Positions 20,644 through 30,612 of a stretch of DNA of 64,000 nucleotides are shown here, in pieces. The number at the start of each line of letters is the position of its first letter. Within the stretch, counting starts at the first letter, position 1. Under the pieces are notes generated by a model, which was not told the origin of the DNA, did no database searches, and worked only from the letters and a program-made list of their open reading frames with translations. The translations under genes were made by a program, and so were the position numbers. This DNA is from Clostridia bacterium (GTDB taxonomy: Bacteria > Bacillota > Clostridia > JAAYHZ01): assembly GCA_050950825.1 (NCBI GenBank), contig JBMNIH010000005.1, positions 32,001 through 96,000 on the forward strand, given 5' to 3'.

Positions 20644-21756
20644 TTATCGTAACATGGCGCTATTGTTGAATACCATGGTGTTGTACAGGAATAAAACGTC
20701 GATGTCTTTCGAAAAGTCCAAACGGTCTCCCAAAAGTTCATAGGGAATGTAGCGAATATCCACGAGGGTGATTTTCGAATACCCGCATAACAAAAGGGGT
20801 GCTATGCTGCTTCCGAAAGAATCTCGAAAAATAATCAATTCCTTGCCGGATGTGTTGGAAGGGTTTTCGATTGTCAGTATGGTTCTTGCACCGGATAAAA
20901 ATACGTCGTAAGGGTCGTAGCCTTCGAATAATTCCGGCCTGTAAATATCGGTGTATTCCTTGGTTTCGTAATCGTATACGGTTGCCCGATCCAAGTACGC
21001 ATGAGTTAAATATGTCAACGTATCGGGTTTTGTTTTTATAGCCGCTTGGCCGTAATAGGAGCCGTAGAAAGGATAAAGCTTTTGCTTTTCATAGGTAAAG
21101 TCCGAGGCCTTTTCCTCTCTTCCTAGGGTCTTTAAAATAAGGTCCGCAACGGGAATGATTTTTTCCTGATCCCAATGAATATCGGTAAGATAAAACATAT
21201 CCTTGTCCATGGCATCAAAAAGATCGATATAGGATATATCCTTTATATTCTCCTTTATCAATTGCTCCATTTTCTCGTAATCAAAGGACAAGGATCCGTT
21301 TAAAGGAGCGAAGAAGTAGTTTTTATCCGGTATGACGGCCACAAATACGTTTTTGTCTTTGAAATATTTTTCTTTAATCTTGTTCAGCTTTTCCGCTCCT
21401 CGTATAACCGATTTTTCATCCAAAGGATACTCCATTTTGTTTATGTTTCCGTTTGCGATATAAATCTTGTTGTTATCTTTTTGGAAAAACAAATGGTAGC
21501 GGCTCCACGCCTTAACTCCTCGGAAAAAGTCCCTTAACACAAACTGATCCAAGGTATACTTTTCAAATTCGTCAAACCAGTCTCCCGAGAGCACGCTTTT
21601 TATCGTAACTTTAGGAAAGGCCTTCAGCTTTCTTCGTTCGCTTTTGGAAAATTCAAGGTCGGGCGAAACAATATTGACAAAAGCAAAGCATATCAAGGTT
21701 AAAGAAAATATGACCGTAACTACCCAACTCTTTATTTTCTCTCTCATAAAAATCAC
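20644..21756 (-). CDS. DHHW/AlgJ-like SGNH acetyltransferase partner
   Basis: N-terminal TM, SERR.L..FP, FY.TDIHW, IFRDSFG. Confidence 0.85.
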   Translation of the reverse strand: MIFMREKIKSWVVTVIFSLTLICFAFVNIVSPDLEFSKSERRKLKAFPKVTIKSVLSGDWFDEFEKYTLDQFVLRDFFRGVKAWSRYHLFFQKDNNKIYIANGNINKMEYPLDEKSVIRGAEKLNKIKEKYFKDKNVFVAVIPDKNYFFAPLNGSLSFDYEKMEQLIKENIKDISYIDLFDAMDKDMFYLTDIHWDQEKIIPVADLILKTLGREEKASDFTYEKQKLYPFYGSYYGQAAIKTKPDTLTYLTHAYLDRATVYDYETKEYTDIYRPELFEGYDPYDVFLSGARTILTIENPSNTSGKELIIFRDSFGSSIAPLLLCGYSKITLVDIRYIPYELLGDRLDFSKDIDVLFLYNTMVFNNSAMLR

Positions 21757-21770
21757 TCCTTTCCTAAAAA

Positions 21771-23174
21771 TTAAAACCTGAAATACAAAAAGGGATTAAA
21801 GGACCCGTCGACCAAATGACCGGTCACTAAAAGCATCATGGCCAACAGGAAAACAGGTTCCGCAAAGGTCATTACGTACTTGCCCGCTTTTTTTTCTTTG
21901 AGTCGGCGAAAGGCTTTTGCCGCCAAAGGCGTCGCCCCGATGGCTGCTATTAAAAGAACGATTCCGTAGCTTCGTAAATAGTACACGGTTTCTATCCCGG
22001 AAAAAGGTATATTCAAAAGGCCGAACATGCCTTTTAAGTTCCTTATGCTTTCTTCCAAGGAATCGGCATTAAAGAGCACAAAGCTTACGGTAACGGCAAA
22101 GAGCGTATAGACTCTTTGAACAATGGCCGGTGCTTTTTCCAAAAAGGCTTTGAAAACATATTTTTCAAGTATCAAGAGGACGGCAAAGTACAAACCCCAA
22201 AGAATAAAGTTCCATTGGGCGCCGTGCCAAAACCCGGTTAAAAACCATACTACGAATACGTTGAGAAACCATCTTAATACCGGAACCCGGTTTCCTCCCA
22301 TGGGAATGTACACGTAGTCGCGAAACCAAGTTCCCAAAGAGATGTGCCATCTTCTCCAAAACTCCGAAACGCTTTTGGATATAAACGGGTAGTTGAAGTT
22401 TTCAAGAAATTTAAAACCGAATATTCTGCCTAATCCGATGGCCATATCGCTGTATCCCGAAAAATCAAAGTAAACTTGGAGCATAAAGGATACGGTCATG
22501 ATCCAATAAAACAAAACGGTTTTTTCGGTTGCGTTCAAAAAATGCGTTCCTAACTCTCCTAAGGTATTGGCCAAGATCACCTTTTTCGAAAGCCCGATAA
22601 TAAATCGCCGCACGCCTTCCGAAAAGCCTTCCAACGTGTGTTTTCGACTTTTAAGCTCCTCTTCGATTGTGGTGTAGCGAACAATAGGTCCTGCAATCAA
22701 CTGCGGAAACAAACACACGTAAGTCAAAAAATCAAGTACGTTCTTTTGAACCTTTGCATCTCCGCGGTACACGTCGATCACATAAGACAGGATCTGAAAC
22801 GTATAAAAGCTGATTCCGATGGGCAATGCCAATTTTAAAAGGGGAATTTGGGTATTTAATAATCGGTTGGCGTTTTGTATGAAAAAGTCCGTATATTTAA
22901 AGTAGAGTAAACCCGCAAGGCTGAAAAAGATAGAGGAAGCAAGAGGCAGCTTGCCGCCGCCCCTTGCTTTTGCCTTTTCGATCCATAATCCGTGGAGGTA
23001 TCCCGATACCGCCGATACAATCATCAACAGAACATAGGTCGGTTCTCCGTAAAAGTAGAAAAACAAGCTGGAGAATAATAATACCGTGTTTTTAAATTTG
23101 TTAGGTACGATAAAATACAGGATCAGGACCGTCGGCAAAAAATAGTACAGAAAGCTTATACTTGAAAACAGCAT
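21771..23174 (-). CDS. MBOAT family O-acyltransferase (AlgI/DltB-like)
   Basis: LPIGISFYTFQ, FPQLIAGPI, DFSGYSDMA, FWRRWHISL, GFWHGA. Confidence 0.93.
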   Translation of the reverse strand: MLFSSISFLYYFLPTVLILYFIVPNKFKNTVLLFSSLFFYFYGEPTYVLLMIVSAVSGYLHGLWIEKAKARGGGKLPLASSIFFSLAGLLYFKYTDFFIQNANRLLNTQIPLLKLALPIGISFYTFQILSYVIDVYRGDAKVQKNVLDFLTYVCLFPQLIAGPIVRYTTIEEELKSRKHTLEGFSEGVRRFIIGLSKKVILANTLGELGTHFLNATEKTVLFYWIMTVSFMLQVYFDFSGYSDMAIGLGRIFGFKFLENFNYPFISKSVSEFWRRWHISLGTWFRDYVYIPMGGNRVPVLRWFLNVFVVWFLTGFWHGAQWNFILWGLYFAVLLILEKYVFKAFLEKAPAIVQRVYTLFAVTVSFVLFNADSLEESIRNLKGMFGLLNIPFSGIETVYYLRSYGIVLLIAAIGATPLAAKAFRRLKEKKAGKYVMTFAEPVFLLAMMLLVTGHLVDGSFNPFLYFRF

Positions 23175-23177
23175 TTA

Positions 23178-23672
23178 TTAGTCTTTCAGCGCCAAAAATG
23201 CTTGGTGCAGTTCTTGCGCATTGGTATTGCTCATCACCAAGAAGATGACATCACCGATGTTGTCGACGATCACATTTTCTTCGTCAACGCCTACGCAAAT
23301 CCATTTTCTCGGGTCTACATTTTTCTTTATATCGGCCTTCATTTGCTCAATGTCGGCTCCTTCTTTAGCACGGACTAAGCATAAAGAATAAGCGCCGGGC
23401 TGCATGATGGGTTCCGAAGCAATGGCTTCTTCGTATTCCATTTCTTCGACTCCAAGATGATACTTGATGTTTTCTTCCGTAATTTCTTGGACCATCAGTC
23501 CCTCTTCAACGAATCTCTTAAAGGAGTCGTCCAACTCCGCCGTTTCGTAGATTTTGTCCAGAATGTCTTCCAGACTGCCTTCCAAACCGGAAGGTTCGGT
23601 ATTTTCGGATTTGCAAGCGACAAAGCTGAATGCAACCGATAAAGCAATCAATACCAAAATTAGTTTTTTCAT
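23178..23672 (-). CDS. Lipoprotein (DUF4358-like) of the MBOAT operon
   Basis: Lipobox FVAC; DPRKWICV motif. Confidence 0.7.
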   Translation of the reverse strand: MKKLILVLIALSVAFSFVACKSENTEPSGLEGSLEDILDKIYETAELDDSFKRFVEEGLMVQEITEENIKYHLGVEEMEYEEAIASEPIMQPGAYSLCLVRAKEGADIEQMKADIKKNVDPRKWICVGVDEENVIVDNIGDVIFLVMSNTNAQELHQAFLALKD

Positions 23673-23712
23673 TGTATTTCTCCTTTGATTTAAAAAATTG
23701 ATTACGTTACAT

Positions 23713-23740
23713 TAGACGAAGACAAAGCAAATAGGTTCCC
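23713..23740 (-). promoter_or_regulatory. ECF sigma-factor-type promoter
   Basis: Minus strand GGAAC-16nt-CGTCTA about 40 nt upstream of the lipoprotein start. Confidence 0.6.
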
Positions 23741-23817
23741 TGTATCGTAAAAAAACGATCCTCTTTATTTTCCGGTATTAAAGGAAAAGGCAAACAATAA
23801 ACGGCAAAGGGTACAAA

Positions 23818-23852
23818 AAACCCGCTTGAACGGGACCGTTCAAACGGGTTTT
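23818..23852 (-). terminator. Terminator after the heparinase-like genes
   Basis: AAACCCG(C)TTGAACGG-ga-CCGTTCAA(A)CGGGTTT inverted repeat with T tail. Confidence 0.75.
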
Positions 23853-23882
23853 GATGCCTTCTATTCCATGTGATTTAAAGAA

Positions 23883-26800
23883 TCAGCCCTTTATCAGCTT
23901 TGCAAGAGGAATTCGGAAGGTATCGTTCACACGAATGTTATACACATACTCTTCGCGAGACTTCCCCTTAAAGGACCGTATCAAGGTAACGCCGCCGATG
24001 TCAAGCTCGATGCTCCCGTCGGGATTCGATTTTGCGCTTCGGATTTTGTACGCACCGTTTTCTTCTTTATCGTTGTCGATATAAATGAAGCGGCCGGCCA
24101 AGTCCATTGGATCTACATTTGGGCTATCGGGTCTTATGAATATTTTGTTGCTGTCCGAAAGGGTTTTTGTAAAGTCTGTCACCTTTCCGGTTACGGCTCC
24201 TTTGTCCGCAATCTTCCCGTCGATTATATCGCCGTCATTTACGTATTTAAACAGGACTTTTCCGTCCCTTTCGGCATACACCCCTATAAAGCCTCGAAAA
24301 TCAAACAGGTTATCCACGCGGTATGTTGCACCGGGATTTGTCGAATAAACGATGTAGTCCGTTCTGCCCTTTGCCGTTGTCACTTTGACGGCCTTTACCT
24401 TATCTTTCGGATCTATATTTCCGTCTATTAAAACCGCATCCGCAGCTTCAACGGATTTTAAGATTCTTCGATGCCTGTACGGCTCGAAAACGACGGTAAA
24501 CAACGTATCCAAATCGCTTCCCGTACGCTTTACAAAAACATAATCGAGATCGGGCACGTTGATGTTTTGGTACTTTTTCGGCGTATGCCCCTTAACGACG
24601 GCCACTTCATCGAAAGGCTCATCGGACAGCACGGTCATACGCAGGTGAAGCCCCGAAGGATCGGATAGGACTTTGTTAAAATCCTTCACCTTAAAATCCA
24701 CGGAGAACGAAGAAGGCTTGTTTTGATCCCGCCTTACGGTATGGGTCCAAGTGTATCCTCTCGGGTATACCGTTTTGTACCGCCAAGACTGCGGCGAATG
24801 GGGATCCGGTCCGTACGGCACGTCCGGTCCCGCATAGGAGCCGACGTAATTTCCGTTTTCGTCTTGCTGCGGAATCAAGCAAAGCCCTTCCGTTTCATCA
24901 ATCTCATCCGATTGGGAATGGAAGCTGTACAAATGGGATTGTCCTCCTAGAATTCGGAAAAAGTCCACGCCGTAGCATATCTTATCTTCCGCCTCCACCA
25001 TGACCAAGGATCTTCTGTAGCTTTCCGTTTTTTCGAATTGCTTCGGGGCATCCACATCCATAACCTTGACGATACCGCTGTCATCAAAATGAAGCGGATA
25101 ACCTCCTTTTCCGTTGGGGAAAGGTTGATTTTGCGTCTCCCCGTCTACCAATACCGTGTTGTGGCTTAACGTCTGCTGCACCCACTGCAAGCGGTTAGGC
25201 TGCACCCCGGTCATTTCGGGATACCCGAGATCCGGTGCCATGTTCAAATCAAAAGCGCTGATTCCCAAATTTAACGTGTCCCGATGCCCGTGTCCCGTAT
25301 TCCTACCGAAATACATCCAAAAATCCTGCTTGCCTAAGCTTTTGTCGGCGGGATTGGAACGCAGTATGGCAAAGCCGAAACCGGTCATCATATCGCTTTC
25401 CAATTCGAGAGGCCCCTTTTGATCGATGACTTCCTGCACCTTTTGCCGGATATCCAAAGGATCCTTTTCCGTTATGCCTAACCTCAATCCTTCCGTTTTG
25501 TTTCCGTTTTCAAGAAATGCAATCCGGGCGAACACGTCGTCCTTGTATTTTTGAAATCCTTTAAGGGCGATCTCCTTCGACATCCATATAAAGGTACCCG
25601 CCGTGCTCCCGGAGTCACCGATTTGAGGAGAATAGTAGCCTCCGGCGATTACCGGTATCAATGCGGTAAACATCTTTTTAAACTTGGGATGACCGTACAA
25701 ATCCGCCTCTTTGACCTTGTCGTAGCCGTCCAAAACGTCCGCCACGCTCATCATGGAACGGATCCAGCCCACGTTGTAGCCGGAGGCCTCGTCCCCCATG
25801 CCGTCCCGGTCCACAATATCGATCAAGGTCCTTTCGATGTTGCCGCCCGTAATGGGAACGTTCCGGTCTCCGTCGGCCATCAGCCATTCGATCCATTGCT
25901 TGGACTCGGGCATGGTATCCAATACAACGGCAATCGTTGCCACCGCCAGTTGGTGATATCCGAAATTCCCCAAAACCTCCCCGTTTACGGCTCCCTCGAA
26001 GCTTGCCCGCAAAATACCGTCTTCAATGTTGTTTCGTATTTGCGTTCCGTTGGTTTTGGCATGGCTCATTTTCACGGTCTTCGATTTTTCATACAAGTAA
26101 TTCACAACGTAGGGATCGTCGAATACGGGAAACAGACAATCGTAGGCTTCCGCTAAGGTTCTTACCACACCGGTCTCCCATATGGAATCGATGGTTTTTC
26201 CTTTCCAACCTCTTCCGTGGCATTCGTCTCCTAATAGGTAGTGATAATCGGGGTAAAGGTCCGCAACTCGGTCCAGCAAAATACCTCCCGCTCGTCCGTA
26301 CTTCGGATCCCCCGTATAGGCGTAGGCTAAGGCCAAGGCATGCAGCGCTTCCACAATGGCGCTTCCTCCTTTTTGGCTCTTGCACCAAAGTCCCCAATGC
26401 ATGTAGTAGCCGATATACGTATGCCTTTCCATGACGCCGTTTTCGTAAATATGGGGATTTCCCTTTTCGTCCTTGGGGATATATCCGAATCCGTCGTCTA
26501 CACCCCAGCCTTCTCCCTTTTCGGGATAAAGCTCGTTTACCAAATACCCGGGTTTTCCCGATCGGATCAGCAAATCGTTCTTTTCCTTGGCCAAAACCGG
26601 GTCAAACACGCCGTATTCGTTAATCCCGAGCTTATAATATTCGCCGAAATTATTGCTTGGAAACCTTCTTTGGCAATGAGGGCACTTCACCTTCCAAGGA
26701 TCCTCCAACGCATTGATAATCCAAGGATAGTTGCCGTAAAGAGCCCGAAGGTCCGTGCCGCAGTAGCGGCAGTAGTACCCGAACGGGTCTCCTTCCTTTC

Positions 26801-27260
26801 CTACGGTAAGGCAGCGGGCGATTCCCTCTCCCGGGACCAAATCCCACAGCTTGTCTTCGAATTTCAAGTAGTAGTCTGCCGATTCGATCACCGCATCCGC
26901 TTCTTTTTTCGCCCAATCGTACCTACGGATGTTTTCCCTTGCAATCAGCCGTTTTTCCGTGGTCATCAGGGTAGGCTTCGTTTTCCCTACGAAAACCGGC
27001 AAACGAGCTTCCGTGCTAACAACGTCATTATCGTATTCCGCCGTCACACGGAACACCGCATCTCCTTCTTTTTTCGGCGTTACAAAGCCGTCGCAAGATA
27101 CATCCGCAACCTCCGGCGTCAAGGACTCGAATGTTACATTGATATCGGATCGATTTACTTTTTCTCCCGACTCCGGATACCCGGTTATATACAACCTGCA
27201 GTTATTGTCCGAAAGCTTAATATATCGGCTTCCTCCGGCCGTTACATCTATTCTAAGCAT
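23883..27260 (-). CDS. Heparinase II/III-like polysaccharide lyase with N-terminal Ig-like domain
   Basis: GHGHRDTLNL, PDLGYP, TLSHNTVLVDG; CRYC/CPHC pair; no signal peptide. Confidence 0.8.
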   Translation of the reverse strand: MLRIDVTAGGSRYIKLSDNNCRLYITGYPESGEKVNRSDINVTFESLTPEVADVSCDGFVTPKKEGDAVFRVTAEYDNDVVSTEARLPVFVGKTKPTLMTTEKRLIARENIRRYDWAKKEADAVIESADYYLKFEDKLWDLVPGEGIARCLTVGKEGDPFGYYCRYCGTDLRALYGNYPWIINALEDPWKVKCPHCQRRFPSNNFGEYYKLGINEYGVFDPVLAKEKNDLLIRSGKPGYLVNELYPEKGEGWGVDDGFGYIPKDEKGNPHIYENGVMERHTYIGYYMHWGLWCKSQKGGSAIVEALHALALAYAYTGDPKYGRAGGILLDRVADLYPDYHYLLGDECHGRGWKGKTIDSIWETGVVRTLAEAYDCLFPVFDDPYVVNYLYEKSKTVKMSHAKTNGTQIRNNIEDGILRASFEGAVNGEVLGNFGYHQLAVATIAVVLDTMPESKQWIEWLMADGDRNVPITGGNIERTLIDIVDRDGMGDEASGYNVGWIRSMMSVADVLDGYDKVKEADLYGHPKFKKMFTALIPVIAGGYYSPQIGDSGSTAGTFIWMSKEIALKGFQKYKDDVFARIAFLENGNKTEGLRLGITEKDPLDIRQKVQEVIDQKGPLELESDMMTGFGFAILRSNPADKSLGKQDFWMYFGRNTGHGHRDTLNLGISAFDLNMAPDLGYPEMTGVQPNRLQWVQQTLSHNTVLVDGETQNQPFPNGKGGYPLHFDDSGIVKVMDVDAPKQFEKTESYRRSLVMVEAEDKICYGVDFFRILGGQSHLYSFHSQSDEIDETEGLCLIPQQDENGNYVGSYAGPDVPYGPDPHSPQSWRYKTVYPRGYTWTHTVRRDQNKPSSFSVDFKVKDFNKVLSDPSGLHLRMTVLSDEPFDEVAVVKGHTPKKYQNINVPDLDYVFVKRTGSDLDTLFTVVFEPYRHRRILKSVEAADAVLIDGNIDPKDKVKAVKVTTAKGRTDYIVYSTNPGATYRVDNLFDFRGFIGVYAERDGKVLFKYVNDGDIIDGKIADKGAVTGKVTDFTKTLSDSNKIFIRPDSPNVDPMDLAGRFIYIDNDKEENGAYKIRSAKSNPDGSIELDIGGVTLIRSFKGKSREEYVYNIRVNDTFRIPLAKLIKG

Positions 27261-27325
27261 GGATAGTCCTCCTTTGAAAAATCCCCATGGACAATTCCGT
27301 CCATGGGTTTTCGAAATCCGGTTTT

Positions 27326-29950
27326 TTACTTAAAGCTTTGATGTACGACAGGCCTTCTTATAACTTCATGGATTCCGTCGTAGGTCCTTAAAGGAAAACA
27401 TTGATCCGTGCTTTGGCCCTTCACGGGATCAAAGACGAACCCTAAGCTGCCGTCCAACACAATTTCGGTAAATTCTCCTTTGCGATTCCACGCCTTTACT
27501 TTATACCCGAAGGTCCGATCCTTTCTTCGAATCAAGACGGTTTCGTTCTTTTCGGGATTCATGAGTCCCTTCGGATCGTATACCGTAATTTTGCTTTCTT
27601 CGTATCCCGATTCCACCCGTTCGAAAGGACAAGCGACAAAAGGCTCGGTTGCGATTACGGTATCGTTAAAACGAATCGTACCGCAGCTTACCGACACATC
27701 CGAAGGCTTGCCGTCTTTCATTCTCAAAAAGCCGTACAGCCCGTTTACGGTTACATAAGAGGCATCGTCCGTCGGTAAGGAATAGTCCTTCCGGATGTTG
27801 AAAAACACATAATCCGAGAAAGAATCTCCTTGGATTTTAAGAATGACGCTGTCTCCTTCTTGATAAACCTTTCGAATCGTATTGATCTTTGCTTCGCCGT
27901 CATAAGGTTCCATCACCGAGCAGAAAACGGAGCCTTCTTCACCGGGAAATCTTCTTACCATAACGAACGGACGCAAATAGCGCTCCAACGCATCGTCGTC
28001 GTTATTTCCTTGTCTTACGGAGGAAGAAAAGCCGGTGTACAACCGATCCGTATCTTCCGTAAAGCTGCGGATACGGATTCCCAATTGTTTTTCCCGTTCA
28101 TCCGGCAAAAACTTTTCCTTTTCGTCTTTCGGACCTACCGGTAAACCGGTGTAGGAAAAGTTCCATTTGACCTGTCCCGATTCGGAAGGGGAAGCTTCTT
28201 TGATGTTGCTTAATAAGCCGTAGATGTATCCTTTTCTGGCGCAGTGAAAGACTTGGTGTTCTCCCGTCGGAGGAGCAAACTCCGTACCTTCGGGAAGAAG
28301 GGTATCCAATTTGACATAACGGTCATACGAAGGGTCCTCCATAACCGGCTCTTGTTCGGCGATACAGTCGCCGTGGAGGATGTAATCGTGTTGCTTGCCT
28401 CCTTTTACGAAAAACAGATCCGTCAAATAGAAGTTCTTTGAATTCGTTTGGATTCGGGCAATCGTACGCCTGTATTCCTCCGTTAATCCGGGGTAAACTT
28501 GGGGATTGTCTACGGATAGGATTTGAAATACGGGATTACGATCGTCGTAGAACCGTAAATTGCCGTCAACGACGTGCTTGTGCCCGCTGTGCTGGTTTTT
28601 GCAGTCCACAACAACGGTGTTGTGAGCCAACGTGGCTAACGTCAAGCAACGGTACTTGGTATGGGTGTAGCCGATATCCGACAGCATTTCTCTTCCGTAC
28701 GCCGTTACCATTATGGACAAGCCGTCCATATGCTGGTGACCGTATCCCCCGCGGAAGGTTAAGTCCACCCTTCCCGTCGACTCTCCGATACCTCCGGTTA
28801 AACAACCGTGTCCTAGCACGGGCAGGAGGAAGGATTCTTCTTTGTGGTCATTCGGTACCTTCGGATAAGGATATTTTGCATGCCCCCAAGAATCATGGCA
28901 GGTCAATCGTCCTCCGTAAGGGAATTTTTGTTTCTCCAAAGTATCCACAATCCCTTTAATTTCCGGGCACAAATCCCTTAAGGAGGTTCCGTCTAAAAAC
29001 AAATCCGATTCTCCGGGAACATAAGAAGGCGGGTCTATCCATCCGTCATAATAGTCGCAGACCTCCAGGATTCCGTTTAAGGTTTGGGCGGTATAGTCCG
29101 GGCTTCCTTCGCACCACGCGCCGTCGGCAAAAAATCCTTCTTTGATAAGCTTCTTAATATCCGGAATGGGATAGTGTATGTATTTGACGTCTTTTAATAT
29201 CCGCCCCAGCTTTACGATGGTTCGCCAAAGGTAGGGGTGCATATTTCCAAGACCCGTTTTTTGGGCTATTAAATGGTCCGCATTGTCTCTGAAAAACCAC
29301 TCGATTTTACCCCGGACGTCTTCATTCATTTCCTTGTCCAGGTCCTGCCAAAAATCACCGTCTTTTAATATTTCATAAGCCGATAGCAAATCCAATTTCA
29401 GATCCGTAAAGCCCCACCAGTGGTAACGGGCGGTACGATAATCTTGTCTGCAGTCCTTCGGGTCGACGTATCCTTGGTACCATTGCTTCTGAATAAAGGG
29501 ATAATCGAAGTGCCAGCAGTACCGAGGCCATACGACGGCAAATCGGTGAAGCATCAATGCCGCTTTCCTTGCATACTCCGTATTTTTCGTCTCTTTCCAT
29601 CTTTGGGCAAGCTTTAATATCAAGGCTTCGCAAAACGCTCTTTTGTTGTATTCGCGGGACGCCGTAAAGTAGTAGCGGTACCCCTCTTTGTTTTCGTAAT
29701 AGGGGTAAGAAATGATGTCTCCGCCCGGCGACAAGACCTCTTCCGTCTTATCGTCTTTGTATATATCGTTAGGATATGCCATACCGCAGTAGGTACAGCG
29801 GACCACATCCGGCTCATCCGGCCTCCAGTCCCTCAATTGGTTTTCTTGGTACCCTCCGGTGCAATTGGGACAGCCTACGAAATACAAGCCGGCTCTGTCC
29901 GGAACCAGCTCCAAAAGCCGACTTTCCGATAAATTCATCCATTGGTCCAT
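27326..29950 (-). CDS. Heparinase II/III-like polysaccharide lyase
   Basis: DGAWCEGSPDY, GHQHMDGLS, SDIGYT, TLAHNTVVVD; N-terminal CPNC/CTYC. Confidence 0.8.
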   Translation of the reverse strand: MDQWMNLSESRLLELVPDRAGLYFVGCPNCTGGYQENQLRDWRPDEPDVVRCTYCGMAYPNDIYKDDKTEEVLSPGGDIISYPYYENKEGYRYYFTASREYNKRAFCEALILKLAQRWKETKNTEYARKAALMLHRFAVVWPRYCWHFDYPFIQKQWYQGYVDPKDCRQDYRTARYHWWGFTDLKLDLLSAYEILKDGDFWQDLDKEMNEDVRGKIEWFFRDNADHLIAQKTGLGNMHPYLWRTIVKLGRILKDVKYIHYPIPDIKKLIKEGFFADGAWCEGSPDYTAQTLNGILEVCDYYDGWIDPPSYVPGESDLFLDGTSLRDLCPEIKGIVDTLEKQKFPYGGRLTCHDSWGHAKYPYPKVPNDHKEESFLLPVLGHGCLTGGIGESTGRVDLTFRGGYGHQHMDGLSIMVTAYGREMLSDIGYTHTKYRCLTLATLAHNTVVVDCKNQHSGHKHVVDGNLRFYDDRNPVFQILSVDNPQVYPGLTEEYRRTIARIQTNSKNFYLTDLFFVKGGKQHDYILHGDCIAEQEPVMEDPSYDRYVKLDTLLPEGTEFAPPTGEHQVFHCARKGYIYGLLSNIKEASPSESGQVKWNFSYTGLPVGPKDEKEKFLPDEREKQLGIRIRSFTEDTDRLYTGFSSSVRQGNNDDDALERYLRPFVMVRRFPGEEGSVFCSVMEPYDGEAKINTIRKVYQEGDSVILKIQGDSFSDYVFFNIRKDYSLPTDDASYVTVNGLYGFLRMKDGKPSDVSVSCGTIRFNDTVIATEPFVACPFERVESGYEESKITVYDPKGLMNPEKNETVLIRRKDRTFGYKVKAWNRKGEFTEIVLDGSLGFVFDPVKGQSTDQCFPLRTYDGIHEVIRRPVVHQSFK

Positions 29951-29968
29951 GGTTTCGCCCTCCAAAAA

Positions 29969-30460
29969 TTATAACTCCGTGTAATAGATTACCGTCTGAA
30001 GCTGCCGGTCAAAACCGGATTGCTCGTATGCTTTTCTTGCGGATGCAAAAGTCGGTCCCAAACCGGTATCCACTCTTGCATATTTCATGCCCTTTTCCCG
30101 CATGGTATCCATCGCCTTTTTATACAAACGTTTTCCGATACCGCGTCCTTGGTACGCGGGATCCACGCTGTTGTTGCCCAATATACCGCATAGAGTTTGA
30201 TCGTCGCATTTTAACGTAACGAAGCCTACGATCTTGCCGTCGATTTCCGCCACGAAGGCATCCCAACCGCTTCCTTCTTTGCAAGCGTCTCGAACCGCTT
30301 TTTTCTTTTTCTCTTTCCAATCCTTGTGAACCGCCTGAAAGATGTTATCTCCCATCTTTTCTCGATAGAAGTCATAGTGTACGGAAAAAGCCTTCACCGC
30401 GATTTCCTCTACGACTTCAATGTCCGAATCAACTACTCTTCTGATTACAATATCGTCCAT
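29969..30460 (-). CDS. GNAT family N-acetyltransferase
   Basis: VDPAYQGRGIG acetyl-CoA motif; A.KAYE..GF. Confidence 0.9.
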   Translation of the reverse strand: MDDIVIRRVVDSDIEVVEEIAVKAFSVHYDFYREKMGDNIFQAVHKDWKEKKKKAVRDACKEGSGWDAFVAEIDGKIVGFVTLKCDDQTLCGILGNNSVDPAYQGRGIGKRLYKKAMDTMREKGMKYARVDTGLGPTFASARKAYEQSGFDRQLQTVIYYTEL

Positions 30461-30612
30461 TTTTATCCTCCCTAAGGTCGGTATTGTGTGTTCATTATAT
30501 CATAGCCGCATCTTTGTACCATAAAAAGTTTGGGAAGGTTTGAAACCCGGAAGGTTGATGTTTTAGGAAGGATTTTATAGAATGAAAGCATAGAAACCGA
30601 CGGGAGGGCATT

